Assembly (NCBI GenBank): GCA_009103225.1
Contig: RHPI01001715.1
Location: 896,011 to 960,010, forward strand
Length of the DNA: 64,000 bases
Direction of reading: 5' to 3'
From: Chlorokybus atmophyticus
Taxonomy: Eukaryota; Plantae; Mesostigma and Chlorokybus algae
In this document: in pieces, positions 52,994 to 64,000 of the stretch
Layout: every line of letters begins with the position of its first letter
Numbering within the stretch: position 1 is the first letter of the stretch
Notes under the pieces: model-generated
The model's input: the letters and a program-made list of their open reading frames with translations, nothing else
The model's database searches: none
What the model was told of the DNA's origin: nothing
Made by a program: the position numbers and the translations under genes

Positions 52994-54126
52994 CCATTGG
53001 TCTACACACACTTTGTTTGCCCTTTACACTCTGGTTACCGCTGAGCTGCTCTGCTGGTAATTCTCCAAGTGTGGCTGTTGCTTGTGCAATTACTGATAAC
53101 AGTGGGGTGTGTGCCTTTATGCAACTCGGAGATCTAGCAGCAGATCAGCTCAGGCACAACCGCCACAATTGTGTTCACAACAACATAGTGACTAGCAGAT
53201 TAGCTACATTACAACTATACTACACAACAACTACCAAACTACCACCAAACTATACAACTACACAACAACAACAACTACACAACAACCATACAACTACCAA
53301 ACTACCACTAAACTATAGGCCTTGTGCAAGGATGACGCAAAGATCTGACCTTGTACTTTGTATTACCTCATGGCCGTAGCACAGCCTGCAAGGCAAAGCG
53401 GGTTGCGCTCAAAACTGTTGAACACAAATTAGGCATGCAAGCGCCTAACACTGGCAGTAGAATTGCCCAAACATGCTGTTGGAAAAACCCCTCACAACTG
53501 CACTCACATATGCACAAATACAAGGTATGTTTGCGCAGCAAGAAGTGAACACGGACTTTTGCGACACACGCGCGCATACACACACATGAGGGCTTACAAT
53601 CAATTGCCCCAGCTGACTGGATACCATACACACACATGCACATTCATGTGATACGCATGCAAGGATGCATTTATCTGTCCCTGTCGTCGCTGGAGCTCTT
53701 GCCAACTTCTTGGGCACCGTGACTGGCGGTGTCCTGCAAACATGCTGCAGGCAATGCTCAACCTGTTGATAGCAGCTGTAAGAATGCCAAGACACCCAAA
53801 ACACAGAGCCAAATACTCTGATCTTAGTCTCATCCACAAACACACCATGCCTGGCATGCGAGCTCTGGTTTACCTGCTGTCTTGGAAGCAGGCGGCTGGA
53901 TCATCATACCCTTTGTTGAATGCATGCAAGCATCTGAGTCAAGACCAAATACCTACCTCATGTTCGACGAGATCAACTACACTGGACCTAAAGCGACCAG
54001 CCATCGCTGAATGGTAGCTGTTTACCTGTGGATCACACACCGTAGTTAACCAACAGTCGAGTCAGAAATGGAGCAGGCAAATAACTTTTGAGAGACACAA
54101 TGCTAGCGCAAGCACACACAAAAAAA

Positions 54127-54450
54127 CACCTTTTTGCCGCAAGGCCACTGAGGGGTTATGCCCAAGGCTGCCCCAGCGGCTTGCAGCAAACACCTTTTTG
54201 CCGCAGCACAGGCAAGGCCACTGAGGGGTTATGCCCAAGGCTGCCCCAGCGGCTTGCAGCAAACACCTTTTGTGCCGCAGCACAGGTAAGGCCACTGAGG
54301 GGTTATGCCCAAGGCTGCCCCAGCGGCTTGCAGCAAACACCTTTTTGCTGCAGCACCGGCAAGGCCATTGAGGGGTTATGCCCAAGGCTGCCCCAGGGGC
54401 TTGCAGCAAACACCTTTTGTGCCGCAGCATAGGTAAGGCCACTGAGGGGT
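54127..54450. repeat. Tandem repeat, ~73-bp unit, ~4.5 copies
   Basis: CACCTTTTTGCCGC...AAGGCCACTGAGGGGTTATGCCCAAGGCTGCCCCAGCGGCTTGCAGCAAA starting at 54127, 54191, 54264, 54338 and 54411. Confidence 0.9.
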
Positions 54451-54914
54451 GTTGAAGGTATTACATGGGTGATGCTTGTATCCGGTCAGCTTGCCCTTCA
54501 TACAGGAGTCGAGGGTCGAAGGTACCAGGAAGTAGCGCGTGGACTCCAGACTGAGCAAGACGATCGAGTCATGACGGACTCCGGACCAGGCTGCTTGGTA
54601 GAGCCTTGGGAGAAATTGCGTGGCTTTGTGGATACGTAAGCTTAGCAGGCGTGGCTTAGCTTGTTGGAAAGCTCTGGTTGTGAGCTAGACAGCGTAGCTT
54701 ACAGAACAGCAATCGGCTGAGTATAGCGCACGCGGTGCTTGCCAATGTAGACGTGTGTAGAGACTGGCGGGGTATAAAGCCCAGACTTGTTGCAATGAAG
54801 ATAAGAGGTCACGATGTAGCATGTGTGCGGATGCTATGGCGGCAGTAGCAGTCATGCTCTTGTGTTGATGTTGTTGGCGTGTCACTTGCACGTGTGTATG
54901 TCAACAAGGGGTTA

Positions 54915-55840
54915 TGCACAAGGCTGCCCCAGTGAATCACCAACACATGCAAAAAACCAAAACCATAAGGCAGGACACTGAGGGCTTACATGCCGCCCCA
55001 GTGAATCACCAGCACACATTCACAAACTTCAAAACCACAAGGCAGGTTACTGAGGGCTTACAAGCATGCCTCAGCGACTCACCAACACACTTAGAAAAAC
55101 ATAAACACAATGCAGGACACCAAGGGCATGCATGCAAACCAAAACCTCACCAACACAACTAAGTGCACGCAGGCTTGCACGTATCTGCCTGAGTTTCTTG
55201 CTAGGAACTCAAGATCGCTGGCGCCGTCGCCACCGAACTCAAAGACTTCGCCGCCAACCACGGCAACCTCGCCGCCTCCCGGCCACAACCTACAACAACA
55301 TGTCCAGGCGGTTAGGGTTAGGGTTATGACATATGGCGAAACAGAGTCACAAAAACATACACCCAGTCCACACCACAGGGCCGGTCTGAGGTCTTACAGA
55401 CCGCCCCAGCTCCTCACCAACACATTTACAGAAAAACAAAACCACAAGGCAGGACACTGAGGTCTTACAGATCGCCCCAGCGACTCACCAGCACACATGC
55501 ACAGCAACACAAAAACAAGGCAGGTCACTGAGGTCTTACAGACCGCCCCAGTGAATCACCAACAGAATCACAGAAACAAAACCACAAGGCAGGTCACTGA
55601 GGGCTTACACCAGCACACATGCACAAAAACACAAAAACAAGGCAGGTCACTGAGGTCTTACAGACGCCCCAGTGAATCACCAACAGAATCACAGAAAACA
55701 AACAAAACCACAAGGCATGTCACTGAGGGCTTACATGCCGCCCCAGTGAATCACCAACACATGCAAATAACGGAAACCACAAGGCAGGACACTGAGGGCT
55801 TACATGCCGCCCCAGTGAATGACCAGCACACATACACACA
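54915..55840. repeat. Degenerate tandem repeats (~60-75 bp), about ten copies in two blocks
   Basis: AAACCACAAGGCAGG(T/A)CACTGAGG(G/T)CTTACA..CCGCCCCAG(T/C)GA(A/C)TCACCA. Confidence 0.85.
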
Positions 55841-56643
55841 CGCACGCGCACAAACAAAACATGCATGCAGGCAGGCTTGCACGTATCTGCCTAAGTAGCT
55901 CTGCATCAACCAAGGATGGCTGCCGCCGTCGCCGCCAACCTCAAGCACCTTGCCGCCGACCACGCCGCCCACAACCTTTATAACTAAAGACGCTGCCGCG
56001 GCCGACCAAGACAACTTCGCCGCCGACCACAACAACCTCCCCGCCACCAACCTTGCAAACTACAACAACTTACAAAAACAATAGGGCGAGGGTTATGGAT
56101 GCCGGCTATGGCGTCAAAGGTGATAGCCCATCACTGATGGACCATCACTGATGGCACTGACATCAGTTCAGTCCTGCACACTCCAGGTACAGTCTAACCA
56201 TCACGCCAATCCTGACATCCATCAAGCCAGCGTGACAAGACACTCAATGCCCTATATAGAATGCGTGACGCGCGCTACAGTCCCGAGTGTACATTGTGAC
56301 GATTACGCTTATGAGTTAGGGTTTGCTTAGGGTTTTAATGTAGCGATCGAGCAGACAACTTGCAACTGGCAAGGCTGGGCGGCAAGGGCGGCGTTGTTGA
56401 CGAGGTCGGCGGCGGCGTCGGCTTCATTGCTGAAGTGCAAGTGTTGTGTTTTTGCTTGGTTGTTGTAGTTACTTCATTGGGTCCGAGAACCCTGGCGAGG
56501 TGGTTTCTTGCAGCTTCGGGTGGGCTTGCTGGAGGGTTTTGGCACTGCTTCCAACAAGGTGCAGCACATGCCGTGCTTGTCTTTGTTTGCATGCATGCCC
56601 GTTTGCGCATTTCGCTAACTATCAAAAGTGCATGTTGTCCATA

Positions 56644-57022
56644 TTGTTAGCCACCACTTGATGCTAACCAGAGGGGCGGCCTCGTGCGTAAGACCACCTC
56701 TTGCTCAGTTTTTAATCTGTTTTATTTGAGCATGCACTCTTGTTAGCCACCACTTGATGCTAATCAGAGGGGCGGCCTCGTGCGTAAGACCACCTCTTGC
56801 TCAGTTTCTAATCTGTTTTATTTGAGCATGCACTCTTGTTAGCCACCACTTGATGCTAACCAGAGGGGCGGCCTCGTGCGTAAGACCACCTCTTGCTCAG
56901 TTTCCGATCTGTTTTATTTGAGCATGCACTCTTGTTAGCCACCACTTGATGCTAACCAGAGGGGCGGCCTCGTGCGTAAGACCACCTCTTGCTCAGTTTT
57001 CAAGCTGTTTTATTTGAGCATG
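56644..57022. repeat. Tandem repeat, 96-bp unit, 4 copies, upstream of the OTU gene
   Basis: Units start at 56644, 56740, 56836 and 56932. Confidence 0.92.
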
Positions 57023-57289
57023 CAGTTTTCATTATGGCTGAGGCTAAAGTGTGCATGCTCAGGCTTGTCTGCATGCTCAAATAGGGAGCCGTGTGTGTGT
57101 GTGCATGCTCAAGTGCTCATGTTGCTCAACTATGTGTGCTTGTTTTTGGCTGTGAGGCTTTCCTCAGGTCATTCATCATGTCCAAGCGAAAGCTCGTTCC
57201 CCTTGGCCAGTTTAAGCCTGCAGGTAATAAGTATATTCGATGTTCAGCATGATTATTGTTAACATGTGGTAACACTGGTCATGCACACA

Positions 57290-60200
57290 GACAAGAAGCA
57301 CAAGGGTCCAGCGCACAAGAAGGAACCTGCTAAGACGGAAGCTGTCCTGCTGAAACCCTGCAAGAAATCAAGTAATGTAGCGCTGTTCCAGCTGACCATG
57401 CTAACGCATGCTCACTGCGGTTGTTTGCCACCATTGTTGCAATAACACTGTCTATTGCAGACCTTTTTGACACGACAAAGGCTTAGTTGCTAGAGGGGTT
57501 CAATAATTGGCGGAAACTAAGGGAGGAGGAGAAGGCTGGGAAGGCGAAGATGTCCACAGAATACAATTGGGATGTCGTGGTTGAAGTAATGCAGAAGAAC
57601 CTGAATGAAGATTCTCGCTTGCTTGAGCTCGACAAGAACTTGCAGATCTGCCTACGGAAGTTCGTGGAGGACCAGCTCAGGCTTTGTGATCCGGAGGCAG
57701 CTGCTAGGGGTATGGACCTCGGGCATTTTGGCCTTGAAGATGTTTTTACCGATAATGACATCCATGAAGAAACGAAGACAAAGTGGGGAAAGAAATTCTT
57801 TGACTGGAGGAAAGCGAAGGCGAAGAGCAAGAACCTCATGTCATGGGGTGAGCTAGTGGTCTTTATCAAGAAAGCGCTGTGCAAACCAGACTTGGCTTCC
57901 CTCAATCGAGAATGGAGGCTCAAGCTACGGCAGTATGTGGAGGAAGAGCTAAGGCTATGTGATCCAGAGGCAGCTGCTATGGGCATCGACATCGGGGAAT
58001 ACGGTCTTGACTACGAAACAGAGGCGCCCAAGCAGCAAGTGGAGGCCCAAGCCAAGCAGCAAGCCGACGCGGAGGCCAAGCAGCAAGCGGAGGATCAAGC
58101 CAAGCAGCAAGCGGATGCTGAGGCCAAGCAGCAAGCGGATGCTGAGGCCAAGCAGCAAGCGAGCGCGGAGGCCTAGCAGAAAGCTGAGGCCCCACCCAAG
58201 TCCCAGACTACACAAATGCAGAAAGGGCCTCGACCTGAAGCCGGTACCTCTGCTTCTGCTGTTGAACCAGAAGACGGTCTACCTCCAGCAAAAACGGAGG
58301 GCGAGTTAGAGCTGGTTGGGCTGTTGCATGATAAACACCGGCTTCGGCTTTTCGAGGCCTATGCAGATGGGAATTGCTTATATGCCTGCCTTGCCCAGTC
58401 GCGCCCTCGCGTGAACGCTGCGTGTTTGACACGCGCGAACGCAGCGGACTACATGTCTTTTTGGCGAAGCATTGTGCTGGACAATGGCAAACAGCTGCCA
58501 ACAAGAGAGCAAGCGCAAAAGCTTCGGAAGATCTGTGCTGAGCGGGTCAACCTTTATTGGTTGCTGGAGTATCGCAACTACGGGGCCTGTGGTGACATGG
58601 GCCAGGATTACAAAAAGATGGCTAGGAAATATGGCGTAACCAGGGCACTTAACAAAAAGCAACTCAAGACTAAGCAAGATGAAGACAACGCTATAGAGGC
58701 TCTGCAGAAAGTGATCGCTGAAGAGAGCGTTTATGCCGATCAACTGCAAGTGGCGATCATGGCGCACGCTCTTGGCATTCACATCGGTACTGTGCAGCTC
58801 ACTGAGGTTGCCGACGAGAAGCAGTACTGCTGGGAAGCAGAGCACAAGGGCGGCCTCATCGAAGGCGATGACGGGAGGTACTACACAGTGGATGCCAAGG
58901 GAGAGAAGCATTCCGTCAAACCTGTAGTAGTGGTTGTCGGAGATGTTATCGATGTGGCTGGCCATATAATCATTGGCAACACGGATCCAAGCAAGCCCAG
59001 CGCGCATTACATGTCTGTTGGTGATGCAAATGGTATACTCTCTTGGCAGCGCAGCAACATGCCACCAGAAGTCCTGCGCTTGATGTACCCTGCAGATGCC
59101 GAGCCCCAGCCCCAGCCCCAGCCCTAGCAGCAAGCCCAGCCCCAGCCCGAGCCGCAGCCCCAGCCCCAGCCCAAGCAGCAAGCCCAGCCCCAGCCCAAGT
59201 AGCAAGCTGATGCCGAGGCCAAGCAGGCCAAGCAGGAAGCCAAGCAGCAGGCCAAGCAGCGGCATGAGGCGGAGGCCAAGGCCAAGCTGGATGAGGACAA
59301 TGCCAAGCAGCGGCAGGAGGAGGCCGAGGCCAAGCAGAGGCAGGAGGCGGAGGCCAAGGCCAAGCAGGATGAGGCCAATGCCGAGGCCAAGCAGAGGTTG
59401 GAGGCCGAGGCCAAGCAGCAGCAGGAGGAGGCCAAGGCCAAGCAGGATGAGGCCAATGCTAAGGCCAAGCAGGAGGAGGCCGAGGCCAAGCAGAGGCAGG
59501 AGGCGGAGGCTAAGGCCAACGAGGCTAAAGACCAGCAAAGGCAGGAGGCTGAGGCCAGGAGCCAGCAGGAGGCTGGCGCTATGCAGGTTGATGCCGCTGT
59601 TGAGGAGGCTGATGCTATCAGTGATATGTCAATTGACATCAGCACCGCAGCAACCAGTGACACCAGCGACACCAAGAAACGCAGATGTCGCCCGTCACGC
59701 CGCCAACAGCGAGCTGCTTTGCAAAGGGACAACACGCCTTCCGGTGCTTTCCAGAAGCTGCATCGTGTGCAACAGGGGGGGCGCACCGTGGACGAAAAAC
59801 ACGCGCAGTTTGCACAATTGTGCGGGGTGGCAAACACCTGCGTTGAGCTGGTGCCTAAGGCCCTTAAACTACAACTGTTTCTCCAGGGACTCAGGAAAGT
59901 AGTGCGCATTGGCGTGCCCAAGGGTCCTTGCAACCAAGATTGGAATGCTGATCAGTTCAATTTGCTTGTGTCAGATGCCAAGACTTATAAACGGACCTTG
60001 CTTGTTAAACAGCAAGCACACCTCCTAGATCGTTCAAAGTTAAAGTTCGGCAAAGCAAGGCCAGGCAGGTTGCAGAAATTGGAGCGACTGGAACAAATCA
60101 ACAGTCGTTGGGAGGGCAAGAAGCTGGCACATCAAGCTGCATATCAGCGTGAGCAGGAGATGATAGCTGCACAGGAGACCCTTGAGCAGCAGGAGCAGCT

Positions 60201-60339
60201 GCGTAAGCAGCTGAAGCGGCAGAAGGTGGAGGAGCGCCAACAGATAAAGCAAATGGCTCAGCAGGGAAAGGAGCAGCGGAAGCAGCGGCGGGAGCAAAAG
60301 GAAACACAGCAGCCACAGCAGCCGCAGCAGCAGAGGTAG
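57290..60339 (+). pseudogene. Large OTU-like deubiquitinase cargo gene, copy 2 (tandem N-terminal domain, OTU, QP/EAK repeats, gag-like segment, Q-rich tail)
   Basis: One reading frame from ~57460 to 60339 broken only by TAG at 57484, 58174, 59125 and 59200. Motifs YADGNCLYACLA, VYADQLQVAIMAHALGIHIG and IIGNTDPSKPSAHY. Confidence 0.82.
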
Positions 60340-61957
60340 CTGTAACAGCAACCTCGAGGTTGTTCACTTCACAACTACCAGCTTTGCAGGTTGGAACACG
60401 CATGGACACTGCTTGTACAATAGCAAAAGTTGCAAGTATTGCTCTCGTTAACATCTGCTGATGTTGTGTTTGCAGGAGCCTTTGCTACCTCACCATGCCT
60501 GTGCAGAATTAGAGAGCTTGTGTTAAGAACGAACATCTATCGTTCTCGCAGCGTAGGGCCAACCTCATGTGTAAGTGTATATATAACATCAAGCTGATCA
60601 CAGAGGCATCTTCTAGATTTAGCCCTCTGTTTTCTCATTCCCGATTCGGGTCTGAGCTCCTGCTGAATGCAGAGGCATCCTCGTGAATAAGCCCTCTGCT
60701 TGCTCATTCTGTCTTTGCATGCAGAGTGTAGGGGCATCACCCTGTGATTAAGTCCCCTTCTTGCTCACTTTCTTGCCCCCTTCTTGCCTGTGCCACCTGC
60801 TTTCGCTGCTAACCAGCAGGAAGTGGAGGTGTTTTTCCAGGTGACATGACAGGAGCTTAACATGACAGGATAGAGGAAGTACAATTCCGAAATCTTTGTG
60901 CAATCCCGAGGTGTATATGTCAGCGGATATGGTGACTTAGCCTTGGACATGGGGTGTGTAAGGTTGGCAAAGTATACAACCAGTGTGTTAGCTTTAGCTG
61001 CCTGTCTGTGTGTGTCGAAGGATTGCAGCAAAATGCAATCACCCACATCTGCCTGTCCTTGTATGCTTTGGATCATCCCGACTGCACGCAGGTTCACTGC
61101 GAACGCACCGCCTTGGGAGCCTTGCTGGCTGCTGTTTGTATGCAGTCACGGCGCACAGGTAAGTGTGTCGCACTTGTAGAGTGGAGGTGGTAACAGAAGT
61201 CCGCAGTAAGTCATGAGGTATGCATCGCTCTCGTGCATATACTAACTGTGATTGCATTTCACCTTCTCAACCACCTCCAGCCTCTGCATGGAACTTGTTG
61301 GTCGCGATCTGCTCCAGGGCTTTTGGATGGACGGCGGTTGTACCTACCGCTGGGGTTGGGTTGCTGTTTGTGATATGGCAACACAGGCTGGCAGTCCTTC
61401 TCCCCCCACCCACCCGAGAGAACACCTGTTGCTGCTGTTGACATGCCGCCCTCGTACTGGCACGCCCTCGTACTGGCCCCGGCAACCGCTAAAACCGGGC
61501 ATGTGTCCAAAGATTGCACGCAACCAAAGGCATGCGCACAGCAACCTAGAAGTTCTCCTTCTCCGCCCACCCACCCGACACAAAACCTCCTGCGGGTTTA
61601 CTGCGAACGCAGGATGTGGTCCTGCAGAGCCGTCTCGCGCAAGTCACGTACTGTAGACTTTGTGCACTTGCTCAGGGCCTCTGGTTCATGACTTTCGCGC
61701 GTCAGCTTTGGTTGGACCATACCCTGCGTTCTCAGTGAACCCGCAGGAGGTCTAGTCTCGGGTGGGCGGACGGCGCAACAGGGCATGAAGGTGCTCTGGA
61801 AGAGACCCTGCCCAGCAGGTCAGTCTTTCCCGTGCTGGCAAACAGAGGCATCCTCGTGATTAAGACCTCTTGCTAACTTTATAAGGTCGCTCATTCTGTT
61901 GTTGAGTTTGAGTTCAGGCTAACAAAGTGGCCAGCAATCAAGAGCTACCTCTACCTT

Positions 61958-63585
61958 TCAGTAAAAAGGAGGGTAATCAACAATGAAGCCTATTGCTTCC
62001 AGCAACAGCCTGCCTACATGTTCAGAGTAAGTTGGTGGAATGGCATTCTTAACTTCCGATTCCGCATCCATCCACTCCACCTGCATGGCAGATTGCCACC
62101 CTGCAATCGTGCCACGGCAGGATGCTTGGCCGTACACCGGGTCAATTTGCCTCTCCCCAGGTAGCAACTGCCGGCGCTGCTCCGGGTGGGTGGCCAGCTC
62201 TCCAAGTGCACAACCAGTGTGGTTGCATTTCAGGTCTGAGTGCAGTGGAGGGTTTGTCTCGAAGATGCGATAACGATACACATCCAACTTGAACATGGTG
62301 CCACACAGCTTCAGGTGAGTTGTCATGTGTCCTGTTGCGCCTGCGACATTCTCTATCACCTATGGCTTGCCGCTCAACTGCAACTTGGCTCTTACGGGGT
62401 CAATCAGGTTGACGTGCTCCCATCGATTGCCGTACGCGGAGCGCTGTGTAGTGGGAATGACCCCACTTAGAGCTTGACATGGAGGACTTGCCCACACCGC
62501 AGCGTATGCTGTCGGGTCAGCGTCCATTGCATCCATCTGGCAGAACTTGAATGGGTATGACGGCTGTGACTTGTTGTCGATGCCCTAAACATTAAACCCT
62601 GCCCTGTACAGACCCATGGCTACACCACTAGCGCCGCAAAAGCAATCCAGTGCGCGCGGCCTGCAACGTCTTCCGTTTGATTCTATTAGTGTGCGTGTGA
62701 TCAGAGGGGGTGGGGGCTTGGGCCATCGATCGAGCTCTCGACCAGGCAAGTCTTGCAGTTTCAGACAGCTTTGACCACCAACACGAACCATTACGTCGTA
62801 ACCCTCACGCACAGCTGCCATGTTCCAGTTCTGTATCAAGATGTGGTGCAGCCGTGGGTCCTCAACGAAATCGTCGTACTTGATGGTATGTTTTCCTGAG
62901 CCACATGTTTGCCTGAGCCGGTGCTTGCATGAGCGTGCGCATGTAAATACTCTGCAGTATACCTGTGTTGGCATCAGAAGTGATGATGTGGCCTGCATAC
63001 CAGGAGCTCATTCCTGGCCAGTACACCACAACGCGGCATGCTACCAAAGACTGCCCCTCATCAACAAGCTCCTTCCGCCAAGCAGCCAGTGTCGCGACAT
63101 CGTCGACAATCGCGTTCCCCTTTGGCATTCAAGAGTAAGTTGGTCATGCATGCAAGCGCTGTTTTGCTGTTTGCAAGGACAGTTCAACTCACCCTGTTGT
63201 TGACATCGTCTTCGATTACAGTGGACTTGCCGCGACCGTTGCGCACGAGCTGACGTCGAACCACATTGCACATCTGCCCATCGTGATATGCTCCAGGCCG
63301 TGCCCAAGGCAGGTGATTCATGGGCTCGCCGTCCCACTCAAACTTGGAAAGCGAGCACTATAGGCAAGTGCACTCCTCCCAAAAGAAATCGGGCCTCATG
63401 CATTGTGCCAGCAGTCTGCATTGCCTCACATTGTCCCCCCTTGCCTTGTGGTGCCAGCAGGCTTCAAAGAAGCCATACTGCTCACTATACAGCTTGCACT
63501 TCTCTTCATGCTGTTGCAGACATCTGTTGTTGCCATTCCTAACCAAGTATGCTTTGCAGAAGCTACACACTTTGACGCCGCGCAT
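61958..63585 (-). pseudogene. Cys/His-rich domain + Tudor + phage-type C5 cytosine DNA methyltransferase, copy 2
   Basis: VCSFCKAYL...EACWHH; Tudor LVACRVVVYWPGMSSWYAGHI..|GKHTIKYDD; ALDCFCGASGVA, GIDNKSQPSYPFKF, WASPPCQ, GKP*VIENV, LCGTMFKLDVYRYRIFE, AMQVEWM, NAIPPTYSEHVG. TAG stops at 63358, 62585 and 62360. Confidence 0.9.
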
Positions 63586-63874
63586 GCTGGCGCCACGCTA
63601 CCTGGCTCACAAACCCTAGAAGCTAATGCACTTGACGGAAGAAAAAAAGGAGCACGTACGCAAATTGTGGAGCATATCCGGATTGACTTTCCGGCGTGTT
63701 TTGAATCGGGATTGGATGTGTCCTAAACCCTAATTTACGGTAGGCAGTCATGACGGCGGCGACGGCGGCGGTGTCAGCGGCGGCAGCGTGCCTGCAGGTC
63801 TTTGCTTTGGCTGTATGGAAGTTGATTGGAAGTTGCTTGCAGTATGTTGGCTAACTGCTTTTGATGTTTGTAGC

Positions 63875-64000
63875 ATGAGCTACTTTCGCAGGTGTTTTTG
63901 CCGCGACCGCAAAGGGAGCAAAGTGTTCATATACAACCACATTAGAAGGGCTGAATATCATGAAAAATCTGGCAAAAACATGTGGTGTGGCACTCCAGAA
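63875..64000 (+). CDS. Start of a gene divergent from MTase copy 2, with a CxC...H motif; truncated by the window edge
   Basis: The ATG follows an intron-like CTAAC...TAG; translation MSYFRRCFCRDRKGSKVFIYNHIRR. Confidence 0.4.
   Translation, partial: MSYFRRCFCRDRKGSKVFIYNHIRRAEYHEKSGKNMWCGTPE

Noticed and set aside
54460-54890. Protein-like minus-strand segment (LTTRAFQQAKPRLLSLRIHKATQFLPRLY...)
   Set aside because: No start, splice chain or recognisable motif to support a call.
56644-57022. 96-bp array as a CRISPR array or as repeated micro-exons
   Set aside because: There are no unique spacers, no cas genes and the context is eukaryotic. The micro-exon reading (CTAACCAG|16 nt|GTAAG) has a branch point too close to the AG and no expression support.
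57484-59202. Alternative genetic code (TAR=Gln)
   Set aside because: The GCN5 exons I checked lack in-frame TAR, and OSBP terminates at TAA right after its conserved C-terminus.
58378-59933. Long minus-strand Leu/Gly- and Ala/Ser-rich ORFs
   Set aside because: Antisense shadows of the repetitive OTU-2 coding strand.
60765-61786. Possible extra gene between OTU-2 and MTase-2, with a weak SAP-like VRDLRE segment
   Set aside because: Fragmentary, with no consistent exon chain.

Overview
This is eukaryotic, intron-rich DNA. The plant-type GCN5 and PH1 sequences point to a green alga or early streptophyte; the standard code fits, since the OSBP gene ends in TAA. Roughly the first 18 kb holds host genes: the 3' end of a PH1-like gene, HYPK head-to-head with GCN5, a secreted/Golgi sulfotransferase, two tandem orphan paralogues and an OSBP-related gene. 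From ~18.4 kb onward the window is a nest of decayed mobile elements. (i) A ~4 kb element with long diverged inverted arms carries a bZIP-like gene. (ii) A Kangaroo-type DIRS retrotransposon (gag/RT/RNase H/Dam-like on -, tyrosine recombinase on +) is split exactly inside pol by (iii) a 14,056-bp Plavaka (CACTA/CMC) DNA transposon at 25056-39111, with short TIRs, a 2-bp TT target duplication and an in-frame empty site. (iv) A CACTA TnpA-like gene sits next to subterminal-type repeats. (v) A second cargo cluster runs off the right edge. The main find is a two-gene cargo present in two diverged copies: an OTU-like deubiquitinase, and a phage/bacterial-type C5 cytosine methyltransferase fused to a Cys/His-rich domain and a plant-type Tudor domain, with a spliceosomal intron. 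Both copies here carry stops or frameshifts. All family assignments come from motif recognition by eye; no database searches were run.
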